From an uncultured Planctomycetaceae bacterium (GTDB lineage: Bacteria; Planctomycetota; Planctomycetia; Planctomycetales; Planctomycetaceae), in assembly GCA_963813715.1 (NCBI GenBank), contig CAWFAK010000009.1, positions 640,001-704,000 on the forward strand: 64,000 nt of DNA, written 5' to 3'. How positions within the stretch are numbered: position 1 is the stretch's first letter; each line of letters starts with the position of its first letter. This document shows positions 22,886 through 33,613 of this stretch, piece after piece. The translations under genes and the position numbers were made by a program. Below the pieces are notes generated by a model that was not told the DNA's origin, made no database searches, and worked only from the letters and a program-made list of their open reading frames with translations.

Positions 22886-24974
22886 ATGCGCGCGATCTAC
22901 GGCGAATCCAGCGGCGGCGGACTCCGCAATCCTCTTTGGGCCCCTCTGGGCCTGCTCCTAGCCGGCCTTTCGCTGTCGATCGGCTGGGGCATTCGGGGCA
23001 ATCTCGGCCACGAAACGGGGGCGATGATCCCCGGAGTGCTCGCCGCGATTGCCGTCTGCGTCCTCTCCAACCGCGAAGATTGGCGCGCGCGGGTCGGCTA
23101 TTTTGCCCTGCTCGGCGGCCTCGGCTGGGCGCTGGGCGGCTCGATGTCGTACATGCAGGTGATCGCTTACGCCCACTCGGGGCACGCGCCGTCGCAATAT
23201 TACGGATTCTTCGCGCTCTTCGTGATCGGCTTTCTCTGGGCGGCCTTGGGCGGCGCCGGGACGGCGCTGCCCGCCATCCTCGATCGCCGCAGCTTGCTCG
23301 ACTTTTTTCGGCCCCTCACCGTCGTGCTCGCGCTCCTGGCGGTGCTGCATTTTGTCGAAGAGCCGTTCGCTCGGGCCGTTCAATCGCAAATCGACCTGCA
23401 ACCGGGCAGCATTTCCGGCTGGCAGCGGCACGAGTCGGCGCTCTACTGGTTCGACACCGACTGGATTGCTGCCCTCGTGGCAATCATCGGACTCTTAGCG
23501 TTCGACCTCGTCGATCGTCACTTCGGCAAGAGCCTGTGGCTGCCCGTGTTCGCCGCGGTGGGCGGGGCGATCGGTTGGGCCGCCCAGGCAGCCATCGTGC
23601 GGGCCCACTGGTCGGCGGCCGCGCAGGCATCCTCGTTCACACGCAGGGCGACGATATTCGCTTCGATCGCGACCTGCTTCACTTCGATCACGACCTGTTG
23701 ATGGCCAATTGGCCCGTGCTGTTTCTCAAGGAGAGCGACTACGTCGGACTGGTCGTCGGCCTCATCGCAGGCATCGGCGGCTACTTCGCCTGGTTCGGCA
23801 AATTCCGACGCGGCTCGTCGCTCTTGTTGCACCTGGCCCTGGGCTGGTTCGTCGGCTTTCTGCTCTTGCCCGTCTCTGTTCGACGTGCGGATGACGCCCC
23901 CTCGCGGCGACAACTGGGCCGGCATGCTGGGCCTCTTCGGCGGCCTCGTGCTCTATTGCGTCCGCTGTCGGCAGTGGCCGTTGCTGGCCGCCTCGCTCGT
24001 CGCGGGAACAATCGGCGGGATCGGCTTCTCCGGCGGAGCCTGCGTCGAAGCACTGCTCGAATCGTTCGGCAACGCCAACCTGGCGCCGGGCCTGGCCGAA
24101 GCCTGGACGAATTGGCAGAACAGCGGCACAGACATTCCCGTCTCGATTGTCATGCTGGCGGCCCAGCCCATTCATCACTGGGAGTTTTGGCTGTCGGCCA
24201 ATTGGCACAGCTTCCTGGAACAGACGTACGGCTTCGTCAACGGTTTGGCCGTCATCGCCGCGATGGCCGTGCTCTGGCGGCGACTCGAACGCTCTGACGA
24301 CAGCGGTCCGCGCGAGTACTGGACCGAGGTCGTGGCTGTCTCGATCGTCGTACCAGTGTTGATGTGGGTCACCCTGCAGAAAGACGTCGCCGAGTGGACG
24401 CAGGGCCCAACGGCCGCCGTGCCGCGAAACGATGCGGATGCCCCTGTTCGGCTATTCGCTCTCGGCCTGGGGCTGGTTCAACGTGATCTTCGGCATCGCG
24501 GCGATGGCCTTCGTGATGCTGCTCAACGTCCACACCCGCCGCAGGCTGGCCTTGTTGGAGGTCGGCTGGCTGGGTCGCGGGCAGTGGCTGTTTCTGCTTG
24601 TGCTGTGGGTCTTCGTCATCGGCAATTTCGGCCGCATCGTCGTGCATTTCACCGAGCAGCGGCTGCTAACCGAAGGCGTGATCACGCTCAATGCCGTGCT
24701 GGCGACGATGCTCGTACTGCTCGTGCCGCGCACGATCGCCCCCGCGCCGGAACGCATTCCACCCGACTATCTGCGACTGGTCGGCCGCGCCGCGATTGCG
24801 GCGGTGCTCTGCGCCGCGGCCTTCCCCGTCGCGGAGACGCTCAGCGTCCGGGCCGTCTATGGGGATGCCCCCGTCATCCGTCCGCGCGACGCCGACCACG
24901 GCCCGACCACCCGCTTCGGTCCGCACGCCGCCTGGAAACATCGCCCACTCTTACGGGGCAAAGACCACCGCTGA
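22886..24974 (+). CDS. Polytopic membrane protein of unknown function (frameshifts near 23625, 23880, 24430)
   Basis: Successive hydrophobic ORFs (GWGIRGNLGHETGAM..., MTPPRGDNWAG..., NWHSFLEQTYG...) form one collinear protein. Confidence 0.65.
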
Positions 24975-25004
24975 CCCGCTTACAGGGCAAAGACCACCGC
25001 TGAC
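24950..25004 (+). repeat. Tandem duplication (26-bp unit, 29-bp period) of the last codons and stop of the membrane-protein gene
   Basis: cttacggggcaaagaccaccgctgac-ccg-cttacagggcaaagaccaccgctgac. Confidence 0.85.
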
Positions 25005-25041
25005 GCGAGATTTCCGGTACGCCGCCGAGCTCGCACGCGAA

Positions 25042-25121
25042 CCGGCGAGCCGCCCGCGTAAGCTGGCGGGTGCTTCTCTTTTGCGACCGGTGTGCCACTG
25101 CTGAGCTCTGGCTCAGCAGTG
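25042..25121. repeat. REP-like hairpin family B copy 2 plus a CACTG..CAGTG hairpin
   Basis: ccggcgagccgcccgcgtaagctggcgggtgctt; cactgctgagc-tctg-gctcagcagtg at 25096-25121. Confidence 0.65.
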
Positions 25122-25216
25122 CCTTTAGCTGTCTGAGTTCGCAAGCTGCGACATCCGTTTGACACCCGCCGCCGCGGCCGGTCCAATGGCGTGCAACTCT
25201 CACCCAGGAAGGGACC

Positions 25217-26161
25217 ATGATGCGCCAGCGCAAACGCCTGCTCGTCGCCGGTTCGACGTTCGCTTTCTTGCTCGTTGCCGCCGGGATCGCGGCCGGCTGG
25301 TTTAAGCCGACCGAGACGGTCGTCACCGAAGTCGCCCCGGGCGTCTTCTTCCGCAAGGTGATGTCCGAGCCGAAATTCATCGGCTGCAATCAGGGCTGGG
25401 TGATCTTCAAGGATTTTGTGCTGGTGATCGACGCCAGCTTTCCCGACCAGGCCGACGAGGTCATCAAGCTGATCCGCAAAACGACCGACAAGCCGATCCG
25501 CTTCGTCTTCGACACGCACTATCACGGCGATCACGCGGACGGCAACCAGCGGTTCGCCGCCATCGGCGCGTCGCCCGTCGCCTCGGAAAACAGCCGCACG
25601 CTGTTCGACACCAAGGGCATCGCCGGCTTCGAGCTGGCGAAGAAGACCAACCCGGCCGTCTACGGCAACCTCGATTACCAGAAGCCCGTCGTCTGGTTCC
25701 CGCAGAAATTCGTGCTCGACGACGGCACGCAACGGGTCGAGCTGATCCACTTCGGCCATGCCCACACGGCGGGCGACGCGATCGCCTGGCTGCCGAAGGC
25801 CGGCATCCTCTTCACCGGCGACGCTTGCGTGAACGGCGCGTTCAACTACTGCGGCGACGGCGACACGGCCAGCTGGATTCGCGTCCTTTCCGAAATGCAA
25901 AAACTGCCCGTCCAAAAAGTCTGCCCCGGCCACGGCGAAATGGGCGACGCCAGCGTGATCGCCAACCAAAAGCGCTGGTTCACCGAACTTCGCGAAACGG
26001 TGCAACGCATGATCGATCAGGACAAGTCACTGGCCGAAATCAAACAGCAGATCGACATCCCGTTCTACAAAGAGTGGACCGGCGTCGACTGCAAGAAGCA
26101 GGCGGAGAATATCGCGGTTGTGTATCGGGAGCTGACGGGAGCGGGAAAACGAGCGCGGTAA
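25217..26161 (+). CDS. Exported MBL-fold metallo-hydrolase
   Basis: N-terminal TM/signal; THYHGDHADG, AHTAGD, FTGD, PGHG motifs. Confidence 0.9.
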   Translation: MMRQRKRLLVAGSTFAFLLVAAGIAAGWFKPTETVVTEVAPGVFFRKVMSEPKFIGCNQGWVIFKDFVLVIDASFPDQADEVIKLIRKTTDKPIRFVFDTHYHGDHADGNQRFAAIGASPVASENSRTLFDTKGIAGFELAKKTNPAVYGNLDYQKPVVWFPQKFVLDDGTQRVELIHFGHAHTAGDAIAWLPKAGILFTGDACVNGAFNYCGDGDTASWIRVLSEMQKLPVQKVCPGHGEMGDASVIANQKRWFTELRETVQRMIDQDKSLAEIKQQIDIPFYKEWTGVDCKKQAENIAVVYRELTGAGKRAR

Positions 26162-26305
26162 ATTTTAGCACACCGGCGCAAGGCCGCTAACTTAGCGGAC
26201 TTTGCCAATCACCTGCTGTCAAAAGCCTGGGATGCTGAGTTCGTACAAGCCACGGCAAACGCGCGACCTAGCGCCGCAATGCTGATACAACCGGGGAATA
26301 TAGCG

Positions 26306-28310
26306 ATGACAAAGAGAGACCGAATTACGCAAAAGGCGCTGCAGTTGATTTCCGCGAAGCGGGACGGGTTGCAATTCACTCACCTAGTCGCGGCCTTGGC
26401 AAAGGATTTCCCAACGGAACCGACCGGGACGCTGACCGGTTACACCTGGAATCTTCACCGTCGCTTCCCCGACGAAATTTACAAACCCAAGCGCGGACTC
26501 TTCCGCTCGGTCAAGTTTCGGTCTAACGACGAACTGGAATACCAATTGGCCGCCGAGCAAGAGGCGGCGATCACCATCGACGATTACACAGCGACGCTCG
26601 ACGATATCGGCATCCGATTCCCGAACCTCAAGCGCGACGACCTTTTCACGCTGTGGTTTTTGGTCGCTCATCTCGTTGACGACGAAACCCACGCAGCACA
26701 AGGCGCTGGTCGGAGCTTCGGGGGACAAAGGAATTGATGCGATTTGGGTTGATGATTATGCGAAAGCGGTGTTCATTACCCAGGCAAAATGGCACGAATC
26801 GTTGGGCACGAAAGCTGAGAAACGAAACGATGTCATCGCGCTGGTAGAGGTCGCGGAACATCTTCAGGCTCACAACGACGCTTTTCAGGACTACCTGACG
26901 GGTATGGATGCTTTAGTCGCTTCCAAATTGGAGAAGGCGCACAGCGCGTTGTTGAAGACCAGTTCCGCGTTTTGTTGTACTTCGCGACGGTTGGAAACGT
27001 CTCGACCGACATTAGGCGCGACGCGAAGCGACGTCTAGCTGCCCTCGGAACATCAGTGGGGATGGAGATTTTGGACGCTCCGGCAGCTGGAGTCGTGATG
27101 CGCAATTATTTGGATGGGGTAGCGCCATCAATCCCAGCCTGCGTCTTGGAGATAGAAACGAGCACTGACGTAACGGTCAACAGCATTTCCCAACGATATG
27201 ACAAAACGAACAAAATAGAGTGCTGGGTGCTGAGCATGAGTGGTGCCAAGGTTGTGGAACTGTACGAAAGGGCCGGCATCCGCCTGTTCGCCAGAAACGT
27301 AAGAGGCTACCTTGGCCAGCAGCACCCGGTGAACGACGCAATGAAAGACACGCTTCAAGATGAACCTGATCGCTTCTTTTACTATAACAATGGCATCACA
27401 ATTGTGTCCGAAGGGGCCGAAAAGAAATCGCATGAGGGGCGCGATGCTCTTTACGTGAAGCATCCGCAAATCATCAACGGCCAACAGACAACGCGGACCT
27501 TGGCGAAACACGCAGCAATGGCAGGGAACGCTAGTGTGCTGGTCAAGGTGATTGCTGTGAAGCAGCAGAAGGCAGACGACACGGGCTTCAACAGCCTGCT
27601 ATCAAGCATCGTTGCAGGCACGAACTTTCAAAGCCCGATCAACCAGGCCGATCTTAGGTCGAATGACCGAGTTCAAGTCGTTCTAGAGAGAAGCCTGCGT
27701 AGGCTTGGATACGCATATATGCGAAAGCGCGAAGCGCGGAGCGAAGAAAGGATTCGGGTAGGTGGAAAGCAATACCATCGAATCACCAAGGAGGAGCTTG
27801 CGAAGGCGGTCGCCGCATGCGATCTCGACAGCTATATTGCACGAAGCTCAACCGACAAGCTCTTTGATGACGAAATGTACCGGGAAGTGTTTCGCAGCGA
27901 AGATCCGAACTATTATCTTCCGAGGTACTGGCTGTTTAAGCAGGTCAACCGAGCGCTTCCGAGTAAAGATCGCCGTAGAGAAACTCGATGGCTTGTGATG
28001 TGTTGGCTTTGGGCAAAAATGTCGCGATTCTTAAAGAGCCTGGCGCCGAAGAACTTTTGCGGAAAAGTGTCATCGCGGAGAAAGCGGTGTGGTCGAGCCG
28101 CTCGAGAAGGCCATTGAGGCTGCATCGCGGTTGGCGGTTAGGTTTTACCGGGCCGGCAAGGGCATGGGAACCGAACAGGTGGACATGTCAGCGTTCTTTA
28201 AGAGCAAGCGATCTAGTTTGCGATCATTTACCGGCTATCTAAATAGCAATGCGTTTACGGTATCTGGCGTGGACAAAAACATCGAGCGGATCGCTAAATC
28301 CATTGCGTGA
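26306..28310 (+). CDS. AIPR-family protein (abortive infection phage resistance) with N-terminal wHTH-like and nuclease-like regions (frameshifts ~26700, ~26960, ~28040)
   Basis: LFARNVRGYLG, FFYYNNGITIV, PQIINGQQTT, TNFQSPI..DLRSND (AIPR core). GDKGIDAIW...QAKW upstream. Visibly more AT-rich than its flanks. Confidence 0.82.
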
Positions 28311-28325
28311 TCGCCCCGGGTGCCT

Positions 28326-28420
28326 GGTGCCACTGAGGGGCGCGCGGTCCCGCCGCTGTCTTCATGCGGCTTAGCCGAGACGCGGAGCACTGGCGGCTCA
28401 AAGCCGCCGCCAGTGGCACC
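28326..28420. repeat. Degenerate REP-like inverted doublet (GGTGCCACTG...CAGTGGCACC)
   Basis: 10-bp terminal inverted repeat. The right hairpin cactggcggc..gccgccagtg resembles the element at 11535. Confidence 0.65.
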
Positions 28421-28439
28421 GAGCGAAGGAGGAAAGACT

Positions 28440-28911
28440 GTGGCAACTCCGACACTTCACCGACGCCATCTCGACTTCAAAACCTGGCCTGAGCTGTTGG
28501 CGGATATCGACCATCTCCGGCAGGCGCACTACGACCGCGGCGGGGAATTGGGATCTGTCGCAGACCTTGGAGCATGTCGGCTCAGGGATCCGAGTGGCGC
28601 TGCACGGCATCGATCATCAGGGCCCGTGGATCATTCGCAAATTCATCGGCCCGCTGATCCTCAAGCGGATCTTGCAGCAACGGCGGATGAAGGCGGGCAT
28701 CAAGGTGCCCCAGTGGTGGCTCCCGGGGCCGAGCCACGACGAGTCGGCGGCCGTCGACCAGTTCCGCTCCGAGGCCTCCGCCTTCCAGAATCTGGCAACC
28801 CCGCCGTTCCCACATCCGTTCTTCGGCCCGCTGACTAAACAACAGTGGAACGACCTCGTGCTCGTCCACGCCGCTCACCATCTGAGCTTTTTGATTCCCC
28901 GATCGAACTGA
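28440..28911 (+). CDS. DUF1569 / DinB-like protein (frameshift ~28545)
   Basis: GGAGG RBS. HRRHLDF...G.WDLSQTLEH...HPFFGPLTKQQW...HAAHHLSF. Confidence 0.75.
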
Positions 28912-28933
28912 GCGAGCCGCTGCGCGCTCTCCC

Positions 28934-29395
28934 TCACATTCCTTCCGGCCAAGTCCGCGTTTCCACCAGTGGTTCGCCCGTTTCGAGCAGGCTCTTGAGG
29001 CTCGACAAAACGTGCGGCCAGCCGTTGGAGACTCCGTCGATGAGTTTTGATTGCGGCTTGTCCATCTCGTGGATGACGGTCAGCTTGACTGACTCGCCTT
29101 GCTGTTCGAGTTCGTAGGTCAGCCTCGAAAAGCCCTCCGCGCGCATTTCCAGCTCGAATTCTTTGTGCCACGACAGCGCGAGCTTCCGCTCGGGTTCGAT
29201 TTCGAGCACCTTGCCGCTGTCCGCGAGGCGCCCGTCGGGGAGCATGAGCTTCCAGTCGGAACCGGGCTTCCAGTCGCAGTCCTGCCAGGTGCCCAGCCAA
29301 TATTGGCGGGTGAACTCGGGAGCGAGCAGGGCCTGCCACAGCTTTTTGGGCGTCGTGCGGATGTAAGTCACGTAGACGAATCGCGAGCCGCTCAT
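28934..29395 (-). CDS. SRPBCC/AHSA1-family protein, copy 2
   Basis: FVYVTYIRTTPKKLWQAL..PEFTRQYW...GWPHVLSSLKSLLETG. Confidence 0.88.
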   Translation of the reverse strand: MSGSRFVYVTYIRTTPKKLWQALLAPEFTRQYWLGTWQDCDWKPGSDWKLMLPDGRLADSGKVLEIEPERKLALSWHKEFELEMRAEGFSRLTYELEQQGESVKLTVIHEMDKPQSKLIDGVSNGWPHVLSSLKSLLETGEPLVETRTWPEGM

Positions 29396-29436
29396 CGGTG
29401 TCCCCTTCACAGTGTCCACGACTCACTGTCGCCAAC

Positions 29437-29898
29437 TCACATCCCTTTGGGCCACGTCCGCGTTTCCACCAGCGATTCGCCCGTTTCGAGCAAGGTCTTC
29501 AGGCTCGACAACAGGTGCGGCCAGCCGTTGGAGACGGCGTCGATGAATTTCGACTGCGGCTTGTCCATCTCGTGGATGACGGTCAGCTTGACCGATTCGC
29601 CCTGTTGCTCGAGTTCGTAGGTCAAGCGCGAAAAGCCTTCCACGCGCAGCTCCGGCTTGAATTCGTTGCGCCACGTCAGCACGAGCTTGCGCTCGGGCTC
29701 GATTTCGAGCACTTCGCCGCTGTCGGCCAGGCGGCCGTCGGGAATCATCAGCTTCCAGGAAGCGCCCGGCTGCCAGTCGCAATCCTGCCAGGTGCCCACC
29801 CAGTATTGGCGGGTGAACTCCGGCTCGAGTAGGGCCTGCCAGAGTTTCTTGGGGGTGGTGCGAATGAATGTGACGTAGACAAATCGCGATTCAGCCAT
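29437..29898 (-). CDS. SRPBCC/AHSA1-family protein, copy 1
   Basis: Near-identical paralog of 28934-29395. Start overlaps the arsR stop. Confidence 0.88.
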   Translation of the reverse strand: MAESRFVYVTFIRTTPKKLWQALLEPEFTRQYWVGTWQDCDWQPGASWKLMIPDGRLADSGEVLEIEPERKLVLTWRNEFKPELRVEGFSRLTYELEQQGESVKLTVIHEMDKPQSKFIDAVSNGWPHLLSSLKTLLETGESLVETRTWPKGM

Positions 29899-30220
29899 CG
29901 GTTTCCCCTTCCAGTTGTCGCTTGAGTTCGGCCAGAACGCGGAGACGACCCCGCTCGAATTTGCCGATCCACCGTTCGGCGATCTCGTGGATCGGCACCG
30001 GGTTGAGGTAATGCAGTTTTTCGCGGCCCCGCCACAGCGTGACGACCAGGTTCGCCTGCTCCAACAGCTTGAGGTGCTTGGTCACGGCCTGCCGCGTCAT
30101 GTCGAGGTGTCCGCACAACTGTCCCAACGTCTGGCCATTCTCGGCATGCAGACGGTCGAGCAGCAGCCGGCGACCGGGATCGGCCAGCGCCTTGAACACT
30201 CTGCCCATGTCCGCGTCCAC
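29891..30220 (-). CDS. ArsR/SmtB-family transcriptional regulator
   Basis: VFKALADPGRRLLL...MTRQAVTKHLKLLE...GREKLHYLNP. Start at GTG 30220 or ATG 30208. Confidence 0.9.
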   Translation of the reverse strand: MDADMGRVFKALADPGRRLLLDRLHAENGQTLGQLCGHLDMTRQAVTKHLKLLEQANLVVTLWRGREKLHYLNPVPIHEIAERWIGKFERGRLRVLAELKRQLEGETDG

Positions 30221-30226
30221 GGCTCC

Positions 30227-30254
30227 ATTATGCAACCTTTTGGTTGCATGTCAA
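30227..30254 (-). promoter_or_regulatory. Promoter (TTGACA-16-CATAAT) containing a perfect operator ATGCAACC-N4-GGTTGCAT
   Basis: Palindrome at 30230-30249 spans the spacer and overlaps the -10 box of the arsR promoter. Confidence 0.8.
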
Positions 30255-30441
30255 GAGCGGACCGGTTGGTCGCAAAATCTTCACGAAAGGAGGCCGTCAC
30301 TCGATAGCGGACGGGGAGTCAGCCGCGGGAGCGAACGCTGTGCGGCCGCGCACTCGCCCGTGGCCCGTGGACCGCTACGATAAAGACGACTTTCAAACTC
30401 AACGCCCCGAACGAACGTCCGATTGCCGAAAGGAGAGACCC

Positions 30442-31234
30442 ATGGATCTGCAACTCAAGGGCAAACTGGCTCTGGTCAGCGGCAGCACGGCCGGCATCGG
30501 CCTGGCGATCGCGACGTCGCTGGCCCGGGAAGGGGCGCGCGTGATCATCAATGGCCGGGCACAGTCGTCCGTCGACACGGTGGTTGCGGAGGTGAAGGCG
30601 GCGACCAAAGGTGACGTGCAGGGGTTCGCGGGCGATCTCAGTCAGGCGGCCGTCGCGGAAGAGGTGGCGCGGCAAGTTTCCGGCAGTCGAGATCCTGGTC
30701 AACAATCTGGGCATTTTCGAGCCGAAGCCGTTCGAGGAAATCCCCGATGCCGACTGGATGCGGTTCTTCGACGTGAACGTGCTAAGCGGCGTGCGGCTCG
30801 CGCGGCTCTTCCTGCCGGCGATGAAACGGGCCACCTGGGGCCGCATCATCTTTATCTCGAGCGAGAGCGGCGTGCAGATTCCGGCCGAGATGATTCATTA
30901 CGGCACGACGAAGGCCGCCCAGATCGCCGTCGCCCGCGGCCTGGCCGAGGCGGTGGCCGGCACGGGCATCACCGTCAACAGCGTGCTGCCCGGGCCGACG
31001 AAATCCCGCGGCGTGGACGAATTCGTCGAAACGCTAGCCAAGTCGAGCGGCCAGACGTTCGAGCAATTCGAGAAGGAGTTCTTCGAGAAGGTCCGGCCGA
31101 CTTCGCTCATCAAGCGATTCGCCTCGGCCGACGAAGTCGCCTCGCTCGTCACTTACGTCGCCAGCCCGCTGGCCGCAGCCACGACCGGCAGTGCGCTCCG
31201 CGTCGACGGCGGCGTGGTGAAAAGTGCGTTTTAG
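30442..31234 (+). CDS. SDR-family oxidoreductase (frameshift ~30670)
   Basis: ALVSGSTAGIG, ILVNNLG, YGTTK, VNSVLPGP, LRVDGG. AAGGAG RBS. Confidence 0.88.
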
Positions 31235-31275
31235 TGCGCGGCTTCCGGTCTCGTCCGCCGATGGCTCCGGAGAAA

Positions 31276-31304
31276 TTGACTGTAGTATCACAATATGGTA
31301 CTAT
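31276..31304 (+). promoter_or_regulatory. hicAB promoter TTGACT-17-TACTAT with overlapping inverted repeat
   Basis: tagtatca-caata-tggtacta at 31283-31303, the usual position for antitoxin autorepression. Confidence 0.7.
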
Positions 31305-31313
31305 GGATGAACC

Positions 31314-31568
31314 GTGAGCAAGAAGCACCGGTCCACGCTCCAGGCGGTCTTCGACGATCCCGTGCGGTCGAACATCGCATGGCGGGACGTTGAAGCGATG
31401 CTCGTGGCGCTTGGAGCGGAAATCACGGAAGGTGCGGGATCCCGGGTACGGATCGCCTTGAACGGCGTCCGCGCCGTTTTTCACCGCCCGCACCCGCAAA
31501 AGGAGACGGACAAAGGGGCCATCCGCTCCCTGCGGCGGTTCCTCACCGAGGCTGGAGTCACGCCATGA
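31314..31568 (+). CDS. hicA: Type II toxin HicA
   Basis: NIAWRDVEAML...EGAGSRV...FHRPHP. Confidence 0.88.
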   Translation: MSKKHRSTLQAVFDDPVRSNIAWRDVEAMLVALGAEITEGAGSRVRIALNGVRAVFHRPHPQKETDKGAIRSLRRFLTEAGVTP

Positions 31569-32000
31569 TGGAATACAAGGGATACCTCGGCAAAGTCGAG
31601 TTCGACGATGAGGCGGGAGTTTTTCACGGCGAGGTGTCCAATACACGCGACGTGATTACCTTCCAGGGGAAGAGCGTCGCCGAGTTGAAGCAGGCCTTTC
31701 ACGACTCGGTCGATGATTACCTGGCGTTTTGCGCCGCGCGGCGAAGAGCCGGACAAGCCCTGCTCGGGACAATTCGTCACGCGGATTTCTCCGGAGCTGC
31801 ACCGCAAAGTGAATCTCGCGGCGCGGTTGTCCGGTAAGAGCCTGAACGCCTGGGTCTCCGAGCAGCTCTCCTCCGCGGTCGCCCGAACTGCCGCCAGAGG
31901 TCGGCGCCCCGCGCGTGGCAAGTCGACAAAGGCGACGGCCTCCGGCCGACGCAAGCAGGCAAGTACGTCTCGACGTCGCAACGCTGCCAAAGGCGGCTGA
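31565..32000 (+). CDS. hicB: Type II antitoxin HicB (frameshift ~31735)
   Basis: MEYKGYLG...FHGEV...ITFQG...FHDSVDDYL, then GEEPDKP.SGQFVTRISPELHR...SLNAWV (RHH). Confidence 0.86.
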
Positions 32001-32045
32001 CGGCTTTGGCGCATGTTGCCGTGATCGCGAGAGCCGACCACCCTT

Positions 32046-33030
32046 TCATTTCGCGCCGCTGGTTGCCACTCCGTCCTTGAGGCTGAGAGCCGACGTCACG
32101 CCGGCTCCCGCACCGGCGATTTCGTCGAGCACGTCGGCCAGGCGGTACAGGCTTTCCGACCAGCCCTGGTCGCGGCCGGAGAGGAAGCGGAGCGTGATCG
32201 GGTCGTGGATTTTTTCCACGGTGGCGCGAACGTTGATTCGCGTCATCGGGCCTTCTTGGCGAAAGTCGACGGCGTTCGTCGCCTCGAAGAGCGGCTTGCC
32301 GCTCGGGTCAAGCGGCATGGCGGTGAAGACGAGCCGCTCGGGCCGCACGATTTCGAGAAACTCGCCGACCATCGGGCGGACGGTTCCGTCGGGGTGCTGC
32401 ATGTCGACGCGGAGCTTGCCGCCGACGCGGAGGTCGAGTTCGCAGCGCGGGCTGGAAAAGCCGCGCGGTCCCCACCATTTCGCCAGATGGAGCGGGTCGG
32501 TCCAGGCGGTCCAGACGAGTTCCCGCGGCGCGAGTACGACGCGCGACATCCGCATCTCGTGCGAGCCGGCCCCCATTGCCGCGAGCTCGACGGCAAACTT
32601 GTCGAAGAGCTGCTCGTTGCCGGGAACGGCCAGGTGCTTGACGCTCCGGTAGGACTGAGGCGTGTCGAAGAGCTGCCGGAAGATGATCTTGGTTTTGCCG
32701 TCGAGCTCTTCGAAGAAAATCGTCAGGCGGAAATTCGGCAGCGAGACGTGGTCGAGCACGAGCCGTTCGGGCGCCGGCGATTTCGACGAAACGAAACTCG
32801 CCGGGGTAGTCCGTCCCGTTGGGGCCGTGCATCACGAGCCGCCAGACGCCGCCCGGCCGCAGGTCGAATTCCTGAGACGTCGTCGTGAAGCCGTTGGGCC
32901 CCCACCATTTCACGAGGGCTTTCGGATCGGTCCAGGCGCGAAACACCAGTTCGCGCGGCGCGTCGAAGACGCGGGTGGTGACAATCTCACGGTTTGCGTA
33001 ATCGTCGGCGGGGATGGGCATGGCGGACAT
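32046..33030 (-). CDS. Two-domain SRPBCC protein (frameshift ~32775)
   Basis: Two tandem domains: TRVFDAPRELVFRAWTDP..WWGP and SRVVLAPRELVWTAWTDP..WWGP. Confidence 0.82.
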
Positions 33031-33385
33031 GGCGTTTTTCCTGTTTGGACGAAGCTTGCAGTTCTTTGAGGTGTTCGGCCAGGCGATCAAATGATTCGGA
33101 CCAGAAGCGGCGATAGTGATCCATCCAGTTGTCGACTTCCTCGAGCGGCGCGGTGCACAGCCGGCACGGACGAGTCTGGGCCGAGCGGCTCCGCGTGATG
33201 AACCGGGCCCGCTCGAGCACTTTGAGATGCTTCGAGATCGCGGGCAGGCTCAAGTCGAAGGGCTCGGCCAGCTCGTTGACCGTTTTTTCGCCGGTCGCCA
33301 GCTGAGCCAGAATGGCCCGCCGCGTCGGATCGGCGAGGACGGCGAACGTGCGAGTGAGTGAGTCGTGGGCTTTGGAAGCGGGCAT
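32987..33385 (-). CDS. ArsR/SmtB-family transcriptional regulator
   Basis: FAVLADPTRRAIL...SLPAISKHLKVLE...W.DHYRRFW. Confidence 0.88.
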   Translation of the reverse strand: MPASKAHDSLTRTFAVLADPTRRAILAQLATGEKTVNELAEPFDLSLPAISKHLKVLERARFITRSRSAQTRPCRLCTAPLEEVDNWMDHYRRFWSESFDRLAEHLKELQASSKQEKRHVRHAHPRRRLRKP

Positions 33386-33398
33386 GAGGATCGACGAG

Positions 33399-33457
33399 TA
33401 TTTAACCGTCAGGGTAATTAACTATCGTAGAGTACAGACTGGTGATCCGTTCGTCAA
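33399..33457 (-). promoter_or_regulatory. Promoter TTGACG-17-TACTCT with downstream imperfect operator TATTTAACC-N4-GGGTAATTA
   Basis: -35 at 33452-33457, -10 at 33429-33434, palindrome at 33399-33420 with the same AACC-N4-GG core as the first arsR operator. Confidence 0.7.
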
Positions 33458-33613
33458 GAGTGGTTAACCACGCATCGAGACCTAAAGGGTTGACACTACA
33501 GCCGGGTGAGCAAATAGCCCGGATCTGAGGCTCGCCCACGTTCCGTCAAGTGAGGCTCAACGGGCTGAGACAATGCTATCGACCGTGCTCGGCCTCGTCG
33601 CAGCCCGGCTTCG

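Noticed and set aside
23661..23700. RFDRDLL-HFDHDLL short internal repeat
   Set aside because: An 18-bp in-frame duplication in a loop of a membrane protein, with no further structure.
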